Below, in pieces: positions 28,651 to 39,368 of a stretch of 64,000 nt of DNA; position 1 is the stretch's first letter; every line of letters begins with the position of its first letter. This stretch comes from Pristiophorus japonicus (Eukaryota): positions 21,328,001 to 21,392,000 of the forward strand of contig NC_091991.1 of NCBI RefSeq assembly GCF_044704955.1, read 5' to 3'. The notes under the pieces were generated by a model. That model did no database searches and was not told where the DNA came from. It worked only from the letters and a program-made list of their open reading frames with translations. The position numbers and the translations under genes are program-made.

Positions 28651-29692
28651 GATACCATTCAATTCATCTGTTTGAAATTAGCATACTCTGACATGGGAAA
28701 CATTTGATCTGTGCTGCTCTTTAGTGGAGTTTTCAATTTTTGGTTCTCTCTCTCTGTAATTTGTGAGGGTTGAAAGAGCTCAAAGAATTGGCTGTTGACA
28801 GAAATGGAAATTGGCGTGGTGAATGAAAAGAAACTGCTTCTTTACTCATTCCTCCAAACATAAGCATCAAAATCAGTCCTCCTGCTTGAAATAACAGGAC
28901 TGAGTCATTGTGTGTGATTTAATGACACAAACCAAATGTGTGCCATTCTGATGAGGCACTTGTGTAATCAATACTGATGTCAATCAATTAGGAAGAACCA
29001 ATAACACTGGCAGAAACATTAAAATCATTAGTTCTCTGACTCCTGTGACCAGTTCGAAGCATCGTCAGCCTCAAGTGTGATGTAATCAGTATGCAGTACG
29101 GTTATATAAATGTCCTGAGAATCAAGATTTCTTCATCTTCACGGACTAAGTTTTTTTAATATATAAAAACTAAATTAAATTTTAAGCCAGTAAAGGTATG
29201 AAAGTTGAAGACGTATCTGAGAATGTAGTTGTCTGCAACAACTTATAGTAATACAATGCTTTTAAAAGTAGTAAAATGTTCCAGGGTAAAGCAGAGGTGA
29301 AGAACAGACACAGGAAGAGTTTGGGGAGGTGACCAAAAACCGAGTTCAAGAGATCGGTCTTGAGGCTTCTGAAGGCGACACCAGAGGTAGCAAGCTGGAC
29401 TGGTTTAGGGAAAGAGTTAGAACGTGGGGCCAAGACAGCTGAAGGCCGAACCGCTGAAGGTGAAGCAGAGGGAGGGGTGGGATAGAAGGGAGGCCAGATA
29501 AAAACTGTCACACATTTCACTTTTACTATGCTGCATTTCAGTGAATTGACTTCAGAAGTCAAGCAAATGGTACAGCAAGTGACCATTTGGGTTATAATTA
29601 TGGTAAAATGTTTAATCAATGAAAATATTTAAAGAGTTTACAGATAAAGTAATTGTAATATATACAGATAGAAAGTGCTTTCAGGTTTTCTA

Positions 29693-29977
<285 letters not shown>

Positions 29978-30572
29978 CTAAAAATAGAGAAGTCAGATAT
30001 TGATATACACATAAATACCAAGGATTATGGCTAAAAGAGATAAACTTGGCAAATAAGAGCCCTGTTGGAGAACTACTAACACATTATACTGCTGGAAACA
30101 AAAATTGCTCTTCTGAAAATGTCAGTTTCAATTTTCTAAATCACAAGCGATAGCAACAATTTGGACATTCCACAAATCATCTGAATTGCTTATGACTGTT
30201 CAACAACTTTCCTCCACATTCCTTCAGAGTTGTCTTTCATGTACATTATGAAGTTGGAGTTTATGAAAAAGATGCAATACAGGTTCACTAGGGCTGAGGG
30301 GACATAGTTATGATGAGTAACTTGAAAACCTTCACTGAAACAGAGAAGGTTAAGTGGAGATTCGCTAGAAGTGTTAAAAATTCTGACGGGGTTTGAGAGG
30401 GTAAATAATGAAAATGTATTTCCACTGGTTGCTGAACTGCAAGTCATAAATTTAGGATTAATATTGAAGAACAGAAAGGGTATTGGAAGACTTTTTTTCT
30501 CCACGCAAAAGTCCGATAGGTTATTAAAAAAGATGGAATCCCTTGCCACAAGAGTCTATTGAAACTGAGCGA

Positions 30573-31450
30573 AGCACACACAAGAACATAAGAAATAAGA
30601 ACACGAGTAGCCCATTCGGCCCCTCAAGCCTGCTCCGTCATTCAATAAGATCATGGCTGATCTGATCTTGGCCTCAATTCCACTCTGCCTATTCCCCATA
30701 ACCTTTGGCTCCCCTGTAGTTCAAAAATCTGTCTATCTCTGCCTTGAATATATTCAATGACCCAGCATTCACAGATGTCTGGGGTTGAGATTTCCAAAGA
30801 TTCACGACCCTCAGAGAAGAAATTCCTCATCTCCATCTTAAATGGGCGACCCCTTATTCTGAAACTATGCCCCCCCCAGATTCCCCAAGAGGGGAACATC
30901 CTCTCAACATCTATCCTGTCAAGCCCCCTCAGAATATTATATGTTTCAATAAGATCACCTCTCATTCTTCGAAACTCCAATGAGTATATAGGCCCAACCA
31001 GCTCAACCTCTCCTCACAAGACAACCCCTTCAACTCAGGAATCAATCCAGTGAACCTTCTCTGAACTGCTTCCAATGCAAGTATATCCCTCCTTAAATAA
31101 GGAGACCAAAACTGTACACAGTACTCTTGGTGTGGTCTCACCAACACCCTGTGTAGTTGTAGTAAGACGTCCTTACTTTTACACTCCATCCCCTTGCAAT
31201 AAAGGCCAACATTCAATTTGCCTTCCTAATTACTCTTGCTGTACCTGCATGCTAACTTTGTGTTTCATGTACAAGGACACCCAGATACATCTGTACCGCA
31301 GCATTCTGTAGTCTCTCTCCATTTAAATAATATTTTGCTTTTCTATTCTTCCTAGCAAAGTGGATAACCTCACATTTTCCCCCATTATACACCATCTGCC
31401 AAACTTTTGCCCGCTCACTTAACCTATCTATATCCCTTTGCAGACTCTTT
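30573..31450 (-). mobile_element. CR1 3' fragment
   Basis: EYCVQFWSPYLRRDILALE, EFRRMRGDLIETY; CATAAGAA tail. Confidence 0.88.
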
Positions 31451-31975
31451 AGGCTGAAATTGCCTTCCGCCCGAAATGGGGCGCATGCACCCCGTCACAA
31501 GCTTTAACTGATTAAACCAAGCTTAAGAAGTTAAAACATAAATGGAATGTAACTTGCGGCATCAAAATAAATTTATGAAAAAGACTTTTGTTTTATACTA
31601 ATCGAGAAGAACATGTACTGTATCCGTTTCTAGAAATCAAGGGTTGGATTATACGGCATTCATTGGAATGCAGTCAATGTGGTATAGTGTGAGCTTTAGT
31701 ATATTGCATTGTCTTCATTTACAGTTACATTTATATTCATGTGCACCCAAAACCATTTTAAAATGGGTGTAAAGTGATGGTATAAAATGAAGGTTAAGAC
31801 GTAGGTACAATTTCACTCCTAAATGCATTTGTCACTGTAATGTATTTGCTTCATGGGTTCTTTGTTTAAGAATTCATAGCAACACATGGCTATTAAGAAC
31901 TATTTGGTTTATTAACAAAGGTTTAACAATCACACACATTAACAGTTCATCCACTAGGCTTACAACCGCATACCT

Positions 31976-32233
31976 CATTGTGGAGTCTGTGAACCGACTT
32001 AAAAACCAATTGCACGGGACTGCCAAGTCCACAATAGATAAAGGGAGGACTCCCACATTAAAGGCCCTCCATTGGGGACCCTGCCTCCTCCAGCCAGTAA
32101 GATGGTGCAGCATTGAGGGTCCGGACGGCAGACGAGGATGGCAAAATGGAGGATGTGCAAGAGCAGCCCATACAGGAAACCCCTCCACGCAGAACTGAAA
32201 GGGAAGGGGATTTCCCGGAGGCGGCTAAAGTTG
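31976..32233 (-). mobile_element. Degenerate Tx1-like ORF2 C-terminal fragment, next to a probable LTR remnant (31838-31975)
   Basis: QWRAFNVGVLPLSIVDLAVPCNWFLSRFTDS parallels the Tx1 at 40200-40500. Confidence 0.7.
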
Positions 32234-32648
32234 TTAAAGGTATATTAAAATAGCTCTACAACTATTTTTATACCTTTAAGCCAAGTGCCTCCTTCTTTAA
32301 GAGCACAAAAATCCACAAATTAACTAATAAACATTAAAGGGAAGCTTGACAAATCAAATTAAATTAAAATCAAACTCTGCAAACCTGTGGAGCGTACTCA
32401 CAGGTGCATACATTACAGTCACCAAGAACTGTATTTATGGGATTGGTTAATAAGCCACATTATAGCCTTTAGTTGAAAAGAGAAATTGTTATTTGCAAAG
32501 CCCTAAAGCAAAGTTATATTTAAAAATGAAACTAAATACTTGCACTTACAAATATCGAATTAACACTTTAGAAATATTCTGGATATCTTTCAAAGATTCT
32601 GCAGTGGTTCTGAACAAAAATTCATAAATATTACAATCTATCCATTTT

Positions 32649-33659
32649 CTACAAACTTAATTACACCCTCACCCATGCTATCCTCCTTACTCAAACAGAA
32701 GACAGATATTTCAGAGGATGATACAAGTGGTAATGTAGTAGCAAAGGTACAAAGTTGATTGATTTGACAGGAAATAAAGGGTCAAGGTTAATGGACATTG
32801 CTCAGATTGAAAGAGGGTTGTAAATGGTGCAGTGGGTACATTTCAATTCTCAATACAAATGGATGATTTGTACTCAGTCAAAGAGAGTATAATATTGAAA
32901 TTTTATGATGACATGAAAGTAGAGAGTTTAACAAACAGGAGAACTGTTGGATATAGACAAGTTAGTCGAATAAACAGACAAGTGTCACAGAATCATACAG
33001 CCCAGTGTCTGTGCCAGCTCTTCGAAACAGCTATCCAATTAGTCCCACTCCCCTGCTCTTTCCCCGTAGCCCTGCAAATGTCTCCTTTTAAATATAATTT
33101 AATATGGAGAATGTGAGGCAATACATTGGAATAAGGAATAGAAATATAAATTCAATGGAAATATGTTGAAGCTTCCCCTAACAAAGCTATGATAGACACA
33201 ATGGGCTGAAAGGCCTCCTTCTATTGTGTGAACTTCTATGATTCTGTGGATAGGGTCAGTGTCACTCTGCCAAACACAGTGGAAGAGTAAGAATATCCAA
33301 ATGTGAGTTTGAGAGAGAGAGAAACTTGCATTTATATAGCACCTTTCATGATCACCGGACATCCCAAAGCACTTTAAAGCCAATGAAGTACTTTTTTAAG
33401 TGTAGTCACTGTACTTTTTTTGAAGTGTAGTCACTGTTGTAGTGTAGGAAATGTGGCAGCCAATTTACACACAGCAAGGTCCCACAAACAACATAATCTG
33501 TTTTAGTGATGTTGATTACCACTGATCCTTTATTTCCTGTCAATCAACCAACTTTCTACCTTTGCTGCTACATTACCACTTGTATCATTCACTGAAATAT
33601 CTACCATCTGTTTCTGAGTAAGGAGGACAGCACAGGAGACGGACTAATTAAGTTTGTAG
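32649..33659. repeat. ~135-bp inverted repeat pair (32649-32784 and 33523-33659)
   Basis: Arms align by eye at roughly 85% (CTACAAACTTAATTA...GATATTTCAG..GATACAAGTGGTAATGTAG.AGCAAAGGTA.AAAGTTG..TGACAGGAAATAAAGG.TCA). Confidence 0.85.
33321..33520 (-). mobile_element. SacSINE1/DeuSINE-like SINE 3' fragment
   Basis: AACTTGCATTTATATAGCACCTTTCA..GTAGTCACTGTTGT..GCAGCCAATTT shared with copies at 54320-54505 and 55262-55637. Confidence 0.7.
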
Positions 33660-33705
33660 TTTAATACCACTCCGTATATTAGATGGCATAACACAGAAAC
33701 ACCTA

Positions 33706-33936
<231 letters not shown>

Positions 33937-34269
33937 TTAAGTGTCACTGACTGCCTTATGAGATCCGAGATGTACAATGATCATGAATCAGGATTAGTTT
34001 CACTCATTTTACTCAAGTGTAGGTTTTCACCAAGTGTTGTGGTCTGTTATAAAGATATATTATTCAATCACCAAATTATTATTATATTTATCAGAATGGC
34101 AAGACACCAGCTTTCAATCGTTGTAAAACCTATTATTGCCAGAAGTTATTCTTCTTACCATCCAATGCCCCATTTTCATTACATCACAACAACCACAATA
34201 CATCACGAGTGTGGTGCATGCCAAGATAGAATGGTCAGGAAAGAGAGGGGTTCCAATGCTACACATTGA

Positions 34270-34620
34270 TTTTTTTTTTTAAATTCGTAGCCAATCGTTC
34301 CAATTCTTTGTCAAATCACAAACGCCAGAGGTCACCTTGCACACATCAAGGATCACTCTGCGCCAATGCTCTTAGCCAAAAGGCCTAGAGCCACTGCACG
34401 GTTCCTGGAAGTACTGCAATACCAGGTTCGTGCCATGGAGGTGGATGGGTCAGGTCCCCCACACACCTCCGTGGAGGTGGATGGGTCAAGCCACCCCACC
34501 CACCTCCTGTTTCCAAAAAAGCAAGCATATACCTTCCTGATCCAGGGAGAACCACCTTGGGGTTATGGTGGTTACTCCCCTGTCAGGTCAGTTACGCATG
34601 ATCTTAGCCAAAAGGCCGAG
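34270..34620 (-). mobile_element. U2/U1 snRNA-derived chimeric retroposon (SINEU-like) with poly(A) tail
   Basis: Minus strand order: CTCGGCCTTTTGGCTAAGATC (U2 5' stem-loop I), U1-like ACCTGACAGGGGAG..AAGGTGGTTCTCCC, U2-like Sm/SLIII (duplicated), ACCTGGTATTGCAGTACTTCCAGGAACCGTGCA (U2 SLIV), second GGCCTTTTGGCTAAGA, ~85 nt tail, A11. Confidence 0.8.
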
Positions 34621-35140
34621 GAATGACACAAGGTGGACATAGATGTACATTGCCAAGAGCAATATCTTCAGAACTCTAATCACAGCATAGCCACATTAAA
34701 TTAAGAGAGTGCATTGTCCTATATTAGAAAATGAGAAAAATAATTGAAAACAAATGACAAAGGTAAAGCAAAAATGCAGAAGGGGGGCAGTGGGGTGGAG
34801 GGTTAAATGTTTCCTGGTGTATGCTGACATCAACAGTGAGCTACACAGCATCACAGCCCCATTATTCATAACAAATCAATTCCTAGCTGACATGACCCTC
34901 TGTTGATTTTTGTTTTGGTGCTAAATTATTAAAAAGAATGTGACAATAGCAGTGTTCCTTGAACAGGAAATGAATTCTGCTGATAAAGAACACAAGTGTC
35001 ATTTATGGGGAAAAGTTGATTTGCAGAATATTAATAAGATAAAGGAGCAACAGAATAGAAGAAAAAGCAGTCTGTATTTCCAATATTAAACATCTTCTGT
35101 ATTTAATGTTTTAACTTCAAAACAAGCAGGAATGCTTGTT

Positions 35141-35830
35141 TTGAAGGTTGGCATGCAGGTACAGCAGGCGGTTAAGAAAGCAAATGGCATGTTGGCCTTC
35201 ATAGCGAGGGGATTTGAGTACGGGGCAGGGAGGTGTTGCTACAGTTGTACAGGTCCTTGGTGAGGCCACACCTGGAGAATTGTGTACAGTGTTTGTCTCC
35301 TAACTTAAGGAAGAACATTCTTGCTTTTGAGGGAGTGCAGCGAAGGTTCACCAGACTGATTCCCGGGATGGCGGGACTGACATATCAAGAAAGACTGGAT
35401 CAACTGGGCTTGTATTCACTGGAGTTCAGAAGAATGAGGGGGGATCTCATAGAAACGTTTAAAATTCTGACAGGTTTCGACAGGTTAGATGCAGGAAGAA
35501 TGTTCCCAATGTTGGGGAAATCCAGAACCAGGGGTTACAGTCTGAGGATAAGGGGTAAGCCATTTAGGACCGAGATGAGGAGAAACTTCTTCACCCAGAG
35601 AGTGGTGAACCTGTGGAATTCTTTACCACAGAAAGTTGTTGAGGCCAATTCACTAAATATATTCAAAAAGGAGTTAAATGTAGTCCTTACTACTAGGGGG
35701 ATCAGGGGGTATGGCGAGAAAGCAGGAATGGGGTACTGAGGTTGCATGTTCAGCCAGGAACTCATTGAATGGCGGTGCAGGCTCGAAGGGCCGAATGGCC
35801 TACTCCTGCACCTATTTTCTATGTTTTTAT
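35141..35830 (+). mobile_element. CR1 3' fragment, same subfamily as 21293-24840
   Basis: Near-identical RT C-terminus and 3' UTR. Confidence 0.92.
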
Positions 35831-36253
35831 GAATGACAAACTAGCTTAATTATGTAAATCTTTATTTTGTTACTCAATTAAACACAAGCATTAAATAGAT
35901 ATGGTTGCAATGTTGTCAGCAGGCTTAATGTATGAGTATTGATACCATGCCGGGGAAACATTCGCTTAAAAAGGAGATAATGTGTGTGCAACATTCCTAA
36001 TTCATCTCTTCAAACTGCTCTGACCACTACGATCACTTCATCTTGTGGTTACATTGCTCAAAATGCTCCCTCCATTCACATCCAAAGTTTAAAAGAACAG
36101 TTATAATGGTGCTGCAGTGCCTACTATTTTCAGTTTATTGAAATGTGAAAATCGAACATTCCAACAGTTACTCTTTACCAAAGCCATTAACACTCTTTAT
36201 ATTATTAATTGTACTAGATTCTAAAAGGTTGTTCCTTATAAAGGCAACTTAAA

Positions 36254-36272
36254 ATATATATATATATATATA
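36254..36272. repeat. (TA)n microsatellite
   Basis: Direct observation. Confidence 0.9.
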
Positions 36273-36504
36273 AATCTCTTTCAATCAAGTACACATTGTA
36301 CAGGTACAAGGTACTGGTAATGAAATGAGAGTACAGTTACAAGCAGAGTATAATCCGCAGCAAACTTGTGGTGTCAAATGCCTGCAAAGGTGAGCTGACC
36401 TTCGAGGTTAGTAAGTAAGCAGTTTTAAAGCAATTCACATGCTTAACATCCAACACTTTGTTTGGGTCGTCCATGTAATAAAAGGGAACCATCCACTTAC
36501 TTAC

Positions 36505-36592
36505 CAGAATAAGTACTTACAGTCATGGACACAATCCAGAATGACAACGATATGGCCACGATCAAACTCAGGGTGACAATATTTCCCATCAT
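36505..36592 (-). CDS. TMEM19: TMEM19 coding exon 1 (MMGNIVTLSLIVAISLSFWIVSMTVSTYS-G)
   Basis: Manual translation resembles the TMEM19 N-terminal TM helix (human ..[30 protein letters not shown]). Donor G|GTAAGT at 36504, phase 1. Start codon choice is inferred. Confidence 0.85.
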
Positions 36593-36649
36593 GTTTACTA
36601 ATTCTTTGTCTAACGAGTCCCGCCGAATGATGCGCGCATTCACAATCGT

Positions 36650-37100
36650 ACCTAAAGCCAGAGAATACAAACAGTATTTGTAGTAAGCAGCGGGAATGGA
36701 TAAAAGTAGGAGTATCTGCCCTTTGGGTAAAGGTTTGGGGTTTAAATGATGGTTTTAAACTGCTTGGGTGGCGCTGGCTCGGCGCTAGCTCTCGGCCTGT
36801 GCTCACAATACCTCTGCTACTACCAGTTTGGAGAAACATTATTACCGTTTTCCTCTCACTGTTTGTGGACAAACAGCCTGCGATGTGGAGAATATATACA
36901 CACACGGGACGTCCAGGCGTACATCACCCGCAGTTCAGGTCACACCCACAGCGCGCCTCTCACCACCATCACTTCGCTGCTCTCCACCGCCCACAACTGT
37001 CAGCACTGCCCCGGAACAAGCGCACTCACTTCCGCCAATTTCTGACCAATGAGGAGAGTGTAACTGACCGAGCGCCCTCCTCAGGCCCAGCACTGCATAG
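36650..37100 (-). promoter_or_regulatory. TMEM19 CpG-rich promoter / 5' UTR region
   Basis: Local CpG enrichment, ETS-like CCGGAA and CACTTCCG, two CCAAT motifs (~37010-37050), directly upstream of coding exon 1. Candidate 5'-UTR intron 36652-36845. Confidence 0.6.
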
Positions 37101-37139
37101 CATGAATCTCCCTTTTTTTTCATTTTAAATGACTATTTA

Positions 37140-37553
37140 CATACAAACATGCAAATTAGATGCAGGAGCAGGCCATTCGGCCCTTCGAACCTGCACCACC
37201 ATTCAATATGATCATGGCTGATCATTCAACCTCAGTACCCCTTTCCTGCTTTCTCTCCATACCCCTTGATCCCTTTAGCCGTAAGGGTCACACTCCCTTT
37301 TGAATATATCTAACGAACTGGCCTCAACAACTTTTTGCGGTAGAGAATTCCACAGGTTAACAACTCTCTGAATGAAGAAGTTTCTCCTCATCTCGGTCCT
37401 AAATGGCTTACCCCTTATCCTTAGACTGTGACCCCTGGTTCTGGACTTCCCCAGCATCGGGAACATTCTTCCTGCCTCTAACCTGTCCAATCCCATCAGA
37501 ATTTTATATGTTTCCATGAGATCCCCTCTCATTCTTCTAAACTCCAGTGAATA
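37140..37553 (-). mobile_element. CR1 3' fragment joined to the RPL27 retrocopy 3' end
   Basis: YSLEFRRMRGDL..RGHSLRIRG..WNSLP and 3' UTR; begins right after the RPL27 AATAAA. Confidence 0.9.
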
Positions 37554-37961
<408 letters not shown>

Positions 37962-39368
37962 TTCGGAAATTAAAGGGTAGGACCTCAAAGGTAGTAATCT
38001 CCGGGTTACTACCGGTGCCACGTGCTAATGAGTATAAGAATAGAAGGATAGAGAGGATGAACACCTGGCTGGAAAGTTGGTGTAGAAGGGAGGGCTTTAA
38101 ATTCTTGAGGCATAGGGACTGCTTCTGGGGAGATGGGACCTGTGCAAACAAGACGGGTTGCACCTCAACAGCACCGGGACCAATACCCTCGCAGGGAGTT
38201 TTGCTAGTGCTGTTGGGGAGAGTTTAAACTAGCTTGGCAGGGGGATGGGAACCCGAGAACGAATTCAAAAGGGAAGGAAATAAAGCAGAAATTGGATAGC
38301 AAGAATCTAGAAAGCAAATCTGTAAGACAGAGGAAACAGGGCTTAGTATGTAGTAAGCAAGGAGGTCTTCCTGTGCTGAAAGGTATATACTTTAATGCAA
38401 GGAGTATAGCGAATAAGTCGGATAAGCTAAGAGCACAGGTAGACACTTGGGAGTATGACATTATAGCCATTACAAATTCATGGCTGAAAGAGGGACAGGT
38501 TTGGCAGTTAAATATTCCTGGTTACAGGATTTTTGGACAAGATAGAGAGGGGGTAAAAAGGGGGGGGGGTGTGATTTGCGGTACTGATTAAAGAAACTAT
38601 TACAGCAGTGAGGAGGGATAATATGTTACAGGGATCATCAAATGAGGTCATATGGGTTGAATTGAAAAATAAAAAAGGGGTGATCACACTGCTGGGTGGG
38701 TATTATACACCCCCAAACAGTGGGAGGGAGATAGAGGAGCAAATATTTTGGCAAATTGCTGTGAAGTCTAAAAACCATAGGGTAGTAATAGTAGGGGATT
38801 TAAACGATTCAAATATTGATTGGGACAAATTTAGAGTGAAGGGTATAGAGGGTGCGGAATTCTTGAAATGCATTCAAGAGAACTTTTTTAGTCGGTATGT
38901 AGCAATCCCAACATGAAAGGGGGGCGGTCTTGGATTTAGTTTTGGGGGATGAAGCTGGGCAGGTAAGGGATATTAGTGGAAGAGCACTTGGGTGCCAGTG
39001 ACCATAATTCAGTCAAATTCAAGTTGGTTATAGATAAGGACTAGAATAGGCCTGGAATAAAAGTTCCAAATTGGGGAAAAGCTAATTTTGCTCAGTTAAG
39101 GAGTGATTTGGCCATAGTGGACTGGAAACAGCTACTTGTGGGTAAATCAGTGTTGGAACAGTGGGAGGCATTCAAGGAGGTGATCCGGAAGTCTCAGGCC
39201 AAACATGTGCCCTTAAAGAAAAAGGCCAGGAAAAATAATTCTAGAGCCCCCTAGATGTCTATGGACATACAGGGGAGGATTAAGAAAAAAAGGGAAGCTT
39301 ATGTCATATACCAACGGCTAAATACTTAAGAATCTTTAGAGGAATATAGAAAGTTAAGGGGTAAAATT

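Noticed and set aside
34395-34620. Functional U2 or U1 snRNA gene
   Set aside because: Lacks the U2 branch-point recognition region and first nucleotides, is rearranged, has a poly(A) tail and no recognisable PSE.
36501-36905. 134-aa minus-strand ORF as the TMEM19 N-terminus
   Set aside because: Wrong frame; the TMEM19-like helix is in a different frame starting at 36592.
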